DNA from: Eledone cirrhosa
Lineage: Eukaryota
Reading direction: 5' to 3'
DNA length: 64,000 nucleotides
NCBI GenBank assembly: GCA_964016885.1
Contig: OZ024747.1
Coordinates: forward strand, 64,170,001 to 64,234,000
Shown: in pieces, positions 27,120 to 43,170 of the stretch
How the letters are laid out: the number at the start of each line of letters is the position of its first letter
Position numbering within the stretch: the stretch's first letter is position 1
Program-made: the position numbers and the translations under genes
Notes under the pieces: model-generated
Seen by the model: the letters and a program-made list of their open reading frames with translations, nothing else
What the model was told of the DNA's origin: nothing
Databases searched by the model: none

Positions 27120-28688
27120 TAATAAGGGCTATCATACAGTTTAATGTTCTATATAAGTAGAATAATTGGCTTCTGCAAAAACGTTAACTTTTACGATTGT
27201 ATGTTGTCAATCGATGCACTCGGAATTTAATATTTTTTATGTAGGATTGCAGCCTTGCAATGCCTGCAGTTTTTCAGGTTCTTCTGTAAATGACAAATGA
27301 TAATTATCAAAACAGAATAAAAGAACTACCTTCATTTCAACAAATGATAGGACTGTTGTTCCTGAACTGGCTTATCTTAATTAAAATTAATTAAAAGCAT
27401 TCTTAATTCAAATAGAATTTAAATTAGATATTAGAACGTCACGTCATGCTATAACTTCCAGTCAACCTATCGATCCAAAATTTTTTCAAATTGATCTCGT
27501 TTATTTTGATGTGAGTTACGTGAAGGATTATATTTAATGGAGAAATCTGCTAATCGATTGTCACACACATGACATCATTGCTTCCACAGTGGTTACATAT
27601 ACCTCTTGCTTTTAAACATACCATAATCTTTATAATTATATTCTGTACTACTAAATGACTGAAAGGATGGAATAGTTGATCAGTAGTGCAGTTGACTATA
27701 TCTCTTAGTTTCTTTAAATTTCCTTTGTAATTTAAATTACTCCATAGTTGTATTTGTATTTCATTCAAATACTGGATCATAAAGCGATTACAATAATTGT
27801 TCCGGATTGATTCCATTTACTGAATTTAATCAAAGTAATCTGTGACGTTGCTCAAATGTAAAACGCAAACTTTTCCCAATAGCAACAAGAATCTTAAACG
27901 GGAGATTCTTTCATAGAATTATTATGTCTGATTTTGTGAGGTCATGCGTGATTCAATGTTTTCGGATTAAGAAATATACATATTCCATGTCATATAGATT
28001 TAGATCAAGAGTAGATCATTTTAGTAGTAATAGTAGTAATACCGGTCAATGTTACAATTAGCTTGAGAGATGTACATTTTAAAAATCTCCTGTGTTGTAA
28101 AAAACCATGACCCAGAATCCATTAGCAGTATTGCCATTCTCTAAATTTATTTCAGTAAAATGTATGGTAAAACGTAGGTTCATCGTTGGGTTAAGGAAAT
28201 GCAAGATGTGCGTAGATCACAAATCGGTATTGTTTTGATTATTACGGGTTTTGGTGTGGACGCCAAAGGATGAGCTTTTCTGGCCGATAAGCGTGTCATC
28301 TTCAGGAACAAAAACCGATGACCAGCTACCTTTTCAGTGATCAACGCAAAGATTCAACAGGTGAAAGATGTTCGCGTCACCAGGGTCAGTTGATCGAGTT
28401 AGAAACGTAGTTGTCAATGGAAGCTGGTGTTTGCTGTTGCCAGTAGGGGAAAATTCGAACTCTGGAAATATGTCTTCCTAAATACACATCTTAGGCAAAG
28501 ACGTTATCCAGTAAGCTAGCTTACTATTGATACATGACTCAAAGATAAGACCACGTGCCCCTGCATATTCTAACATTGAAATATTATCACTTTTCAGATA
28601 ACCAATAGTATTTCTGGGAATAAACCTACAAGCGACTAGTAAAATAATGTTAGTTTCAAATATAGAAATATTTGTTCTAGTGGAAGTA

Positions 28689-28755
<67 letters not shown>

Positions 28756-28770
28756 TTACTACTACTATGA
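28689..28770. repeat. (TAC)n trinucleotide microsatellite
   Basis: Direct reading. Confidence 0.95.
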
Positions 28771-29649
28771 CTATTATCGCAGCCACTACTATTCTTGCTA
28801 CTTAGAGTGTATATAGTGAGTGTATATGTTTCTAACAGTTACTCCACCGATCGTAAAACATGTTGCCGTCGTTAGAATTACATAATATTTCTCTGAGAAG
28901 ATGTACAGCATTAATTTATTGCTAGGTTGCAAAACGAAATAAATGATAAAGAGGAAAGGCAGACAAACATCACTAGAAGAAGCTAAATAGTGAACTTTAA
29001 ACCAGCGAGAATATATAAATAGCTTTTCGACCTTTCCCCGAAAGATATAATACTGTTTTGAAAGAAAATCTATCTCCACCAGAAATTGAATTGCCCACAT
29101 AAATACGATTAAACGGAGTGAACGCTGTGCTTTTGTAGAAGCTAACTCTTTTACCGTAATCTAAATGTTGTTCTCGGTGCTCAATTGCTTGTATAAACAT
29201 TAACTTCATCTAGTATTTCTACCACCATAATTTCCTTTCAGAAAAGCAGAAAAGAAATTAATTACGCAAATATTAAAGAAACACCCCAAAGATCGCCGGC
29301 AAAGAAGTAAAACAAGGATAGTATTCAATAACATGGTGTATTGATGTTGAATTGAATGGACGGAATATCTAGATATATTTACCAACTATGGCTGTCAAGC
29401 ACAAACGAGATTGATTTGGCAGCATGTATCATTTTTCGCTAATAATGTTAGGTACCCATATAGTTGTTAGTAGACACCCGCTTTACTGTCACACAATTGA
29501 ACCAGCAAAATATTGACACTGTGACAGCTCTACACTGTTATTTTCTTTATCGATTGCAAAATGAAGAAAAATAAAGAATGGTGTGGCTAGACTTGAACGC
29601 AAAACGAAAATAAGTGATAAAGAGTAAAGGAACAACAAACGAATACCGG

Positions 29650-29960
29650 GGAATTTCCGGCTGCCTCGGCTTCGCACTGGTCACCGTCGCCACCTCAGGC
29701 GTACTCGGACCTGCACCGTCGAGCTCCCCCGCAAGATCAGAACGTCAGCAGCCCGTAGGAGGAATGAGCCCCGCAAGGTGAGGTGACTGTTGCAGTGGGT
29801 GTCACTGGCCATTGTCCGCGGAAATGTTCTTGCGGTCTTGTCCGCGGAGCGCAATCTCAACACCACCGGACCCTAGTCCCAGAGCCCATCACCCTCACTC
29901 TTCCACCACTCATTTTTCTACGGCCCTAGAGCCTTTGCCTTTCCATTCGTATTCCGTTTT
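29650..29960 (+). pseudogene. CRE-like 3' fragment with 3' UTR
   Basis: gagccccgcaaggtg..ttgcagtgggtgtcactggccattgtccgcggaaatg. The 3' UTR is similar to 43070-43170. Confidence 0.6.
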
Positions 29961-30382
29961 TAAACTGATAAAGATATCTAAGGAGACCGTGAATTAACTA
30001 ATATAAAAAGAAAGAGCAACAACGCTTTCAAACATTTTTAGTTTGATTTCAGAGAAAAAGTTCTTGTGTATACATGAGGCAGTATCATTTAGATAAAGAA
30101 CCACCGACGTTTCTTTTTAATGTACCACACTTGAATGTTTTAAACATACCAATGAGCCGTATGTATCATATCTGACGAACATTTAAAATAAAAGTCCCAA
30201 ACTGACAGAGAACACCTCAATGGCCCGATTATGGTGGCCATAAACCACGTATTACCAAATACTTAGAAAAATATGGACAACGAATTATATAGGTGTCATT
30301 TACACTAATTGCCATAGAGTGATTCTAGACCTACATGTGGCATCCCACATTTTGGTTATAAATTACATATTTGAAAGAATTT

Positions 30383-30605
30383 CTATGGACATATGGTTAG
30401 AATGTCTCAGGAAAGAATCGTTGGACAGATTTTACGGGCAAAACTAGGAGACACTGGGGTAGACCTCGAGCAAGATGGTTAGATAACATCCATGAGCTTG
30501 GATGGTCTCGCTTGAGTATCCAACCGGATCAGTTGGAGATTGTTGCTTCTCTCAGCACCGTTTGGAAGGATTGTTTGAGGACTATGCCACTACGATTCTC
30601 TCAGG
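30383..30605 (+). pseudogene. RTE-type LINE C-terminal remnant
   Basis: YGHMVRMSQERI..(frameshift)..GRPRARWLDNI..W motifs typical of RTE-clade ORF ends. Confidence 0.55.
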
Positions 30606-31282
30606 AAATCATTTCTGGAAACATGCAAATAAAGGCAACGAAAAGTGTTGAAGTATCTAACTGTGAAAATAACCTTGCTTTCTGGCGTGTGTGTTCAGTG
30701 ATGGATTCCTCAACGGTTTCCACGATAAGAATTTAGTTGGTCAGTCAATTGAAAGTCCAGCTCTAAATGGTTGTGTCTATCACAAATACATGCATTATTA
30801 ACTGAATTTCCAAAGCAAAACAGCGCAACAAGTTATGTGGCAAGGCTGGACATTCGAATTGTATGTACAATCCATCCAACAGGCTTTCACATAGTTTCTT
30901 CCAATCAAGTTTCCCTCACAAAACGGCGAATTGCTGTAAAGAATACCTGTGTAATTTGTCACACACCAGATTCAAATTCCCGATCTTATGATGACAAAGG
31001 GGAATTATTAACGACAAGTCATACTGATATCAATTTTTCATTGATGGCCCTAATATTGATTCAGTTACTTACTATACAGACATGATTCAATGTAGATGGA
31101 AACGACCCCAGCATGAACTAAACATCTGAACAAGCTCTTTAAAGACGCCGTTGAAACGGGAACAGTTATTTTTTTTACTTCTGTTCTTTGTTCTTTAATG
31201 ACACATATTCTATAAAGTTAAATTTGAATTGATGTCATGGAATAGAATTACTTTCCTCCATTGTAAACTAAAATGTTGTGTA

Positions 31283-31341
<59 letters not shown>

Positions 31342-32110
31342 TATTGTTGTAATACTGAATTTAACATCTGAATAGGTAATCGATATCTTGTGTCGTATCA
31401 AATATAAATAAAATGAACTAAAATGTAAATTCATTGAAAGAATCGAATCTTTGAAAAGATTGTTCAAAGATTAAAACAAAATAGAAAATATACTTAAATA
31501 TCAAAATATTTTTTTTTCAAAAAGAGAAGAATCTCGTTTTTGTAAAGAAAATGAATTTTTCTTGTAATGCATGAATAAGTAGATCAAAAATAATTCGATC
31601 CCTCTCTTCTTAGTGAAAGAATCAAGGTTAAATTCGAAATATATTCTTATATCAAAACATTTGGAGCATATCAGCTAATGTACCATTTTCTATTTATTTC
31701 CTTGAGATGATTAGTATTTTTTGCTATGATTTCCCGAGAAAATATAATGTCCCTTTTTGTAAAGTTAAAAAAATATATATTGAAAGATAGGTTAGTATGT
31801 AAAGTCAGAAAAAAATGACGAGCTTATATTTCGTCATTTTATTGTATTTTAACTTCATAAGAAAAATAAAATCACAATCCAGAGGTTAAATCAACTGAAA
31901 AACATTTTTAGAAATGACAAATTCAATGCATATATTACATACAAGCAATTACACTCACTCACACACACATATATATATGTGAAAACCAAACCACTCATTC
32001 ACAAAAATATAAAAGATGCACAACACATAGGTACTTATCTATAAATGTGCATTATGTGCTTGCAATGGTCTTTATATTAACATACAAATACAAACACACT
32101 CATATAAGTA

Positions 32111-32188
<78 letters not shown>

Positions 32189-32210
32189 TCTCTATGATAT
32201 GTGTATATAA

Positions 32211-32243
<33 letters not shown>

Positions 32244-32386
32244 AAAGAAGTTGAAACCGCAATTGGAGTCTTTAAGAAGGTTTAGTTACAATAACTTATA
32301 ACTTTACCTGTTTCAGAAGTTGCATGATTTTCAAAAGTTAAGGGAGATGTATGACACACATGATTGTATTTTCAAATTCTTTTCCC

Positions 32387-32429
<43 letters not shown>

Positions 32430-32814
32430 GGAAAGAGAGAGAGGGAGAGATAGTTCTACAACTAATTAGCAAAACATTTAGAGGGTGTTTCCATCTTGTA
32501 CTCTCAGTCGCTTCACGTCATGAAACCGGCCAAATAAGCCTTCTGGCTTAAGACAGACTTTAGACTATATTAGATACCACCACATAATACCTGGTGTACA
32601 ATTTCAAATTTATATTTTAGAATGATTTCCCTTTCTTATATTACATTTTTTGTAAACTACTGCTTTAGCCCGTTTTACATTTAATGATATCTTATAAACT
32701 CGTATAAACACTTGGAAATTAGGTCACAATTTTCATCCCTCTTACATTCCTGAAAAATGGCAATATTGGGTCTTAAACCCTTAGGTAGCGCCTTTCCGTG
32801 TATGAATATAAATA

Positions 32815-33000
32815 ATATTGTTTCTACATTTGGCTAAAGGCCAGCAATTACTCCAGTGCATTACTGGTGCTTTAGTTTATAGACCCCGTAAGGACGAAAG
32901 GCAAAGCTAACCTCGGTGGGATTCGAACTCAGAACGTAAACGACAATAGCTCTATGCTTCAAATCATGGTGTCTGACGCGCTACCGATACTGCCAATCCA
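32815..33000 (-). mobile_element. SINE S1
   Basis: S1 reverse complement, moderately diverged. Confidence 0.8.
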
Positions 33001-33002
33001 AA

Positions 33003-33033
<31 letters not shown>

Positions 33034-33605
33034 CATGTGTGTGTGTGTGTACGCGTGCATGCGTACTCAAATACTCATATGTCTTAAATCGATGCTTATT
33101 TGCAATTATTTCTATACCATCTTCGATTTATTTATAATTAATTTATCATTTTTATGATGTTAACCAGCACAAGTTAAAGGACAAACGTAACATGATTAAT
33201 ATTTTTCATCAAGCCGTACACCGAACCAAATACACCTGTTATGAATTAAATTATTCTTGAAGTGTCAATATAGTAACTCATACATTCAATTATTTCATCT
33301 GAATCAACATATTTAACTACGCGAACAATTCCGCTACAACGAATTCATAGAGCACTGAACTGTAAGAGCGAATCATTTCACAACTGACATCCTGTTACGT
33401 GCAAAATATTATGTTTACAACGAGTGAGATAACATTTACTAGAAGCCAATATGTTGAAGCACAGAACTGAAGATACACTTCCCTATCATATTAGAGGAAA
33501 TTTAAGAATGAAATATATTTCTTAATGAATGATTGTCTAGACATGACGTTCCGACTATTTTGATTACTTTTTACTTAAATGAATTTCTTATGGAAACCAA
33601 GACAA

Positions 33606-33890
33606 TTTATCTACTCACAGGTTAATAAGTTGTGAGAATAGCAATTAAATGAAAGAAACTTTTTGACTTAGAGAGTAATAGATATTCTATGAGGTGTGTA
33701 TATTATATTTTCAACAAAGTACTTGAGATTTTGAACTTAACTCAGCGAGACTCAGTTAAGTTCAACATCTCAAGTACTTTGTTGAAAATATAATATACAC
33801 ACCGCATAGAATATCTACTACTCTCTAAGTCAAAACTTTTCTTTCATCTAATTGCTATTCTCCCAACTTAATAACCTGTGAGTAGATAAA
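33606..33890. repeat. About 140 bp-arm imperfect palindrome, no recognisable ribozyme
   Basis: tttatctactcacagg..gaacttaactcag / ctcagttaagttc..cctgtgagtagataaa, about 5 nt spacer, roughly a dozen mismatches. Confidence 0.85.
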
Positions 33891-34114
33891 GGGTACATAA
33901 GGTTGCAAAGTCTTTGCTCAACAACCTACACACATGAGTAATCAGTTGTATGTGCTATAGAAGGTAGTCTCTCTCTATTATAACAAGTCCTGTATTGGTG
34001 TATAATGTGCCATATGCCAGATGGCGCCATGATCGCCGGTTTTGGAGTAGGAGTTGTCCATCTCCAAGTTTTAACGTGACTTGATCGTCCTGACTAGCCT
34101 ACCGCGAGCAAAAC

Positions 34115-34179
<65 letters not shown>

Positions 34180-34182
<3 letters not shown>

Positions 34183-34513
34183 GGAGGTGAGTTTTCTTGT
34201 AGTACAATAAAGCAATGCAGATATCGGATAATAAGCACTCTACAGTTTGTAGGACTGGAGTATACATAATATATAAGAACAAAAGATGGTTAAAAGAGTT
34301 CCATGTATTTTATTATGCGCAATTCAAAAACAAATATCATCATGCAATAATATTTGTGTTTTCATCAGATAAAACATGAAGACATGATATGAAGTTTAAA
34401 AAACACTTGTGGATAGTTATCTGATGAAAACACAAATATTATTGCATGATGATATTTGTTTTTGAATTGCGCATAATAAAATACATGGAACTCTTTTAAC
34501 CATCTTTTGTTCT

Positions 34514-34523
<10 letters not shown>
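34180..34523. mobile_element. Family B fold-back element; hammerhead in both arms with GAAA->GAAT
   Basis: GTAGGAGGTGAG terminus, tail hairpin 34234-34261, arms 34266-34372 / 34417-34523, CTGATGA 34421-34427, GAAT 34464-34467, TGCGCA-TA. Confidence 0.85.
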
Positions 34524-34575
<52 letters not shown>

Positions 34576-34603
34576 GGGTGTGTATGATTGTGTATAGAAG
34601 ATT

Positions 34604-34761
34604 ATATTAATAAAAGGAATTCGAACTTTGTCTGATTTACTCGTTTTATTTACAATCTTTTAAAATTATAATATTATAATGAAATATCATGGTAATATCA
34701 TTAAAATTTTAAAGGATTGTAAATAAAACGAGTAAATCAGACAAAGTTGGAATTCCTTTTA

Positions 34762-34768
<7 letters not shown>
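34604..34768. repeat. TA-embedded inverted repeat (~65 bp arms)
   Basis: atattaataaaaggaattcgaactttgtctgatttactcgttttatttacaatc / gattgtaaataaaacgagtaaatcagacaaagttggaattccttttattaatat. Confidence 0.85.
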
Positions 34769-34800
<32 letters not shown>

Positions 34801-34900
34801 ATATATATATATATATATATGTATGTATATATATCTATATCTATCTATCTATATATGTATATATATCTATATCTATCTATATATATATAAATATATGTAT

Positions 34901-34963
<63 letters not shown>

Positions 34964-35151
34964 ATTGGAGGCTTAGTAAAATCGAATCTTTGGCGGTGTG
35001 CAAGCAAATTCGACCTACGATATGAATGAATTAGCAAAGCACTCGACAAGGTAGGTCCTTAGAGTAATAACATACGTTTAAAATAGCTTGACAGATTGAA
35101 CATTGTGGTAGACAAAATCTAACACACAATACCAAAGTAACGAAAGAACTA

Positions 35152-35195
<44 letters not shown>

Positions 35196-35272
35196 TATAT
35201 GTATATATATCTATATTATATATATTTGTATATATATATATATACACACACGCACATTATATATATTGTATC

Positions 35273-35393
<121 letters not shown>

Positions 35394-35572
35394 CTGCGTG
35401 TGTGTAGTAGTTCATATTATTCTTTTGGATATAAACACAAATAATTCAAAACAGTTAAAAGAGGAAACTGACAAGTGTCGGCAGATACGTGTTGCTAACA
35501 GCAAATCCAGGGTATTGCTTCATAAACATACTTAAATTGAATAATAATAACATTATGCCTCTCTCTCTCATA

Positions 35573-36585
<1,013 letters not shown>

Positions 36586-36593
36586 ATATATAT

Positions 36594-37250
36594 CCTGAGG
36601 TATACGATTTTTAATGCGATGAATTATGAATGATGGTTGGCAAATCACTGACGATGGACTAAGTTTATCATATGTAACCCATGTGCAGCCACGCAGTATT
36701 CTTCTTTCTTCTCATGTTTTTTATACATATTTACCTCGGCTGCGTTTGTCTGTTTCTCTCTTTCTGCTTCCCCGTTCTCTCTGTTTCTCTCACCTTCTTT
36801 CGCCCCCTCTGCCAGTTACACTTTCTCTCGACTGACCTCTTCCTCGCACTTCCACTCACTCACTCTCTGTTTTTCCCCTTCTCACTTCCTCCCGTTTGGC
36901 TAGTAGTGGGGTCTTTTCTTGCTCACATCTCCATCACGCCGGACGGTCTGTATCTTGATCGCTCATGAAATCCATCCAGCTTATGCTGACCGGATAACCA
37001 TGTTGCTTGTTTATTTCCTATCTTCGGTTTGCTTTTATCCTTCTATGTTGTGTACTTGTCTCACTCGCTTTACGCGATTTACCTGTCCCAATAGATTATT
37101 TTAGTTATTGCTCGCACCAACCTAAGGTATATGATTTTTAATGCGATGAAATATCAATGATGGTTGGCAAATCACTGACGAGGGTCTGATTTTATCATAT
37201 GTAACCCATGTGCAACCACGCAGTATTCTGCTTTCTTCTCATGTTTTTAT
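36594..37250. mobile_element. LTR-like unit: ~130 bp direct repeats around a ~390 bp pyrimidine-rich core, TA-flanked
   Basis: cct(g/a)aggtat..gcgatgaa..ggttggcaaatcaCTGACGA..gtaacccatgtgca..ctcatgttttt at 36594-36724 and 37121-37250. Confidence 0.7.
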
Positions 37251-37459
37251 ATATATATATATAAATATTAAACGTTACAACCGAAGGAAAACAGGAAGAC
37301 GATACTTTGGTTCGCGGAGACGTTCCCTAACAATGAACGGAAAAAACGAGGTTATTTGGAGCGGTGAAAACAATTACACGCAAAGACAAATCCACGTTCA
37401 TGGTATAAATGAAGCCATAGACTAAAATTCTATTTACGTGGTTCGTGAAGACGTTCCCT

Positions 37460-37522
<63 letters not shown>

Positions 37523-38222
37523 CTGAATGCATCCATAGGTAAGTATGTATATACAGACATTGATATTAATCGCTTTATTTTGCGTGAATATTAATATAAG
37601 ATAATATAAAAATTGATATACTCTGTAGTTTGAATCAATGTGAAAACAGCAACAAACTATACAAACATAACTTCAGATGTGATATTCAAGTTATATGAAA
37701 TTGCTTTAGTAATAATAAATATACAGAGTAGAGTAAATTGTGCTGCAATGATTTGGGTTCTTGCCAAACCTCCTATCGACAGTTCAATAACTAATTTAAA
37801 GTCTCCTACTTCAAAGAGCTCTCTCAGACTGTCTAGCAGCGATTTATATAATAATCTGTTCATGATATCATAACATGATATCACTAACGTTACTAGCCTC
37901 ACGTCTGTATCTCACAGTTCGTTCTTTTGATCCCGTACTCGTATTTGAATTAATCTGTGAACAGAAAAATTAATTTCTTTTTAAGTTTCACTTATTTTAA
38001 CGTATGTGTTCGAACTTTGGTGTATGGAAAACTACAGAAATGGTCGAATGTCTAGACGGTCAACGCTCTTGTTTAGTAGAAGACCAGGCTGTGTTAAACA
38101 CAACATGGGTGACGAAAAGAGGAGAAAATCAATTGAGAATGCCCAATATAGGAATAGTTGTTATTGTTGCGCCAGTAGTAAATACAGAGAAGAGACACCT
38201 CTCAATATCATTCATACTTCAT

Positions 38223-38398
38223 AATTGTTTCTACTTTAGGCACAAGGCCAGCAATTACCCAGTACATTACTGGTGCTTTATTTTATCGAGCCCGTAATGA
38301 TGAATGGCAAAGTTAACCTCAGCGGGATTTGAACTCAGACTGTAAAGGGACGTAACTGTGCTAGAAAGCATGGCGTCCAACCCTCTACCGATACTGCC
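38223..38398 (-). mobile_element. SINE S1
   Basis: S1 reverse complement, flanking cttcataat duplication. Confidence 0.85.
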
Positions 38399-38441
38399 TT
38401 CATAATGTTATTCAGTTTACTAGTTCTATATCTAGTCAAGG

Positions 38442-38494
<53 letters not shown>

Positions 38495-38497
38495 CGT

Positions 38498-38543
<46 letters not shown>

Positions 38544-39820
38544 ATGTATAATAGATGTATTGTTATAGATGTGGGAGCATAGATTTAATCATAACCTATC
38601 TCATTCCTCCCTCCAGGGACCCTGAACAGATTAAAAGTTGCAACTCTACCTACTCTGATTAAATCAGTGATACAAAAAGGCCGTTCAATGTAAGCCTATA
38701 AGAAAGTGATTAGCCGGTAAACCATTCTAGGGACTGAGTCAAGGTGATGTCCTTGTATATATCAGATGCCACCTCCTACATTTTATACAAATATCTCACC
38801 CCCTACACTTGGTCACAAATCAGTCTTGTTCTGCCCCATAAGATTAACTTATGAGAAACATTTAAAATCAAAATGAATATAATCTAAATATAACTAAAAT
38901 GTAGCATATTCCCTGAAGTATACCTAACTTGATAAATGTCAAATTATTACCTATTCCTCTATTTCAATAAATTTCCATATATCTTCTCCCTCGAAATTTG
39001 TGTGTCTGCCTATATCAACTCTTTCTTTTCTTCTCTCGTCTTTTCTGTATTTCTTTCATATGCTTCAATTTTGTTCCCGGCTTGACTTCCTTTTGCTCTT
39101 ACTTTATCTCTTCTGTTTCCTGTCGATATTTCTATTTTACCCACTTTTTCTTGCAGTCCTTGTTGTTGTTTTTCTCTCCCCCAACATCTCTCTGTTTCCC
39201 TGTATTCTGTGTTGTTCTCTCTATATCACATCTAACTCTGTTAAGATTCTATAATAGTTCGACATGAGCCTAAAGTTAAAAGCTTTGTTTTATGAAAACA
39301 AAAAAAAAACAAAAAAAAATGGAAAATGGAAAAACAAAAATACATTTTGTCACATAGCCAATAATATAGGACACTTCATAGAAATAATTGATTCGTCGAT
39401 ATAATAATAATAATAATAATAGTAATAATAATAATAATAATGAAGCCATTTTAAGTTTATCCGCCCTCGGCTCTATTTCAATAAATATATTCTTTTAAAC
39501 ATGAAATGTAACAGATCTAGTAAATATGGAATTATTAGAGTTCGACGTTTTCAAGAAGCTCTGTTTCATCTTTTCACAGGATCAAACGTCTAATATTTGT
39601 CCATTATTGATGGGCTGATTTGTGGATTTAAACAAATCAATCTTTGTAGTTGAAAACGTCCCTGATTCCATGCTAGATTTAAAACTATTTTCTACATTTA
39701 TCTCAAAACCGTCTACCATAATTTTATGTAAAAAATTTCGTTAAGTTATGTCCTTCATACCAATTTAATGAGAGTTGTTGTTCTCAACCTTTCAGATCCA
39801 AGTAATTCAGGACCCCCCCC

Positions 39821-39879
<59 letters not shown>

Positions 39880-40004
39880 AGAAAAAACACAAACCCTCCA
39901 TCTCAATTCTATTTTTGAAAAGCATAAGAACAGTGAAACCGGTAAAGGAAACAAATAAATATTCTTAAAAAGACTCCAGTTGGATTTTCGATTTCATATT
40001 TTTT

Positions 40005-40399
<395 letters not shown>

Positions 40400-41702
40400 G
40401 GATGGTATGTGTATCTGTGTAATATAATATAAACAATGGTTGAGTTAGGAGGTATAGTGAACATCTTTTATAAATCCGTGTGTATGTATATGTGTACCTT
40501 TTGAGGTATATTGGCAAAAGATGTAAACATTGGAGAGGAAGCACCAGAAAATCGGAGCATTTTTGTAAAATTTACCCTGTTTGTTATTTGTTTCATTGTC
40601 AGAAAAGCATGCCTCAATAATTGATCTATTGGAAACCTTTATCTATCGATAATATTTAGCAAAATGCGATATATAATAAAGAATATAATCGCTAACGAAC
40701 AAGGCTCCTCTAATCGGTCACGTGACCGTAGCTTCTATGTTATCATCAATGTAATTTAATGGTCCCACGTACAGTGCTGCATGTAGGTACACACTGGATA
40801 AAGTGGCTAATTACTTAAGTAACGCCAGTATGATAAAATCGATGAGGGTTTTATTACTTCTTACTGTCGCGGTGATGACTGCCGGTACGAATGGTAAAGA
40901 GGTCCATTAACGTATTTGACCCTTTTATTTCAACTACCATACCTACATAATGCAATCTTGTTCAGCATGCTCTTCATCCACCGCTAATACCGGCATTGTA
41001 ATATTGATTTAACTAAATATATAACAGTTTTGAAAGACATGCTTGGCTTCCATTGCACACTTTGCCAACTGTCTTCCTTAGAACACATATCAATTGTTCT
41101 CTCCTATAATTAGTTATGGCACAGTCTAATCCCTGATACATCTTTCAGCTAAACAAGATAAAGTAAACGTGACGTACTGAAGATGTCGGAAGGAGATTGA
41201 CCTATGGCCTTGTAGCTAAATTAATATTTGTACACATACATAAGGTTGCTGATATGTAGGGGCGTATATAGTGAAGGGGAAGCGTAGTTGGGAAGCGGGA
41301 CCAAACAAGAAGTCTTTAAATATGAAAAAGGAAGGGAGTTGGAAGCTAACCTCTACTTTAGCTAGAAAATGGCATGGAATGCTTATTGTGTCGGTGTTGG
41401 CATTAATTCAACATATTTGATTTCATCAAGCGTTGATTGTTGGTAGTTCAGGACCATCGCAGTGGAAATATCAAATCAGAACGCACAAGGTTAGAAAGCA
41501 GATATTGTAATATTTTATAATATACTTAATGCCAGCTACTGAGTTCCACACACACGCACACATACATATATAAGCACACAGATACATATATATATACAGA
41601 CACATACATATATACACACATACACACACATATATACCCACACACATATATACACACACACATATATACCCACACCCATATATACACACACACATATATA
41701 CC

Positions 41703-41754
<52 letters not shown>

Positions 41755-42164
41755 AACATATACATATATACTCACACATATATACACACACAAACACACA
41801 CACACACACACATATATATATATCACCATTGTTACATATTATAGATGCCGCAAGATATTAATCTCAAGTATGACTTTCTCATCGAATTAATATTTCCATT
41901 AATAGTTAGCAACATTTCATTTTATCTTATTTCCTTGATATGTGATATAGCTTAATTCCTCAGATGAATTCAATTATAGATGGTACCTTTATTATTTTGA
42001 TTTCATTTCTATCTATAGCTTTTACTCTCTTGCGCTGTTGTTTATTTCTCTTCTGGCTGCGTAACGGAAGGTACACACACATACACACACACACACACAC
42101 GGATACAGATAGGCACACATATACACACAAATACAGATAGGCACACACACACACACACGCACAC

Positions 42165-42199
<35 letters not shown>

Positions 42200-42949
42200 A
42201 TAAACACACACCCACCCATACATACATACACATATATACATACATACACATATATACATACATACACATATATATATACATACATAAATACACAGATATA
42301 CATACATACAAACACACACACATATATATATATACATACATAAACACACACACATATATATACATACATACACACATATGTATATTCGCTCAAACATTTA
42401 TATCTATATGCATCCAAGCATATATATGCAAAATTCATATGCGCATTCTCAGGGAGAGAGACAAAACCATATATATATATATATGCTTTTGTATATATAT
42501 ATATCCACAATGTTTCATACACATACATTTATAAACACCTCTAAGTGTATAACGTTAGTTAATGGGATGCATTAGAAATATTCCCGTTTATACTAGGTTC
42601 CCGGAGAAGGCTGCCTGACATGGCAGGAAATATTTCTTATTGAAATGTCGAACTGAATCAAATTTAGATATTTTCCCAAGAAGGCTAATTGCCTATGTCT
42701 TTATTTAAACATTTTTCAGAGCCTATATTTTCAAATATTTCATTAATTTATTGATTTTCTTGTTACAATTCGTTGAATATAATGAGAAATGAACTTAGAT
42801 GCCATAAATCTTTCCCTCGCTTCTGCCTAGATTTCTTACAACTCGTATAATCTTGTGGATGTACACGTGTGTGTGCATTGAAAGAACATGCGACTTAGGA
42901 ATAATCGTTTCTATCGGATCAGTGCAGTCAATCTCCTCCGCAAGATTGG

Positions 42950-43170
42950 AACGTCGGCGGCCCGCCTGAGGAAGGAGCCCCGCGAAGTGGGATGTTTGTT
43001 GCAGCGGGTTTCGCCGACCATTATGTGCGGGGAAGCTTTTGAAGTCTTGTCCGTGGGGACGCAGCTCCTTTACTACTGCGCCCTAGACCCAGAATCCAAT
43101 CATCCTCCCCCACCACATTCTTCTGTGACATTAGAGTCATTGCCATTCCTTCCCTTTTCCGTATTCTTCT
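42950..43170 (+). pseudogene. CRE-like 3' fragment
   Basis: KEPREVGCLLQRVSPTIMCGEAFEVLSVG plus a 3' UTR like 29865-29960. Confidence 0.6.

Noticed and set aside
28240-28315. Minus-strand CTGAAGA with downstream GAAA; similar isolated CTGANGA hits near 6325, 10945, 30173, 41178 and 60160
   Set aside because: No consistent three-helix fold. The heptamer is expected by chance several times in 64 kb.
39915-39960. TTGAAAA..GAAACCGGTA..AATAAA in a TA-flanked insert
   Set aside because: Plausibly a decayed HHR, but two core changes and no stem I make it too weak to list as a feature.
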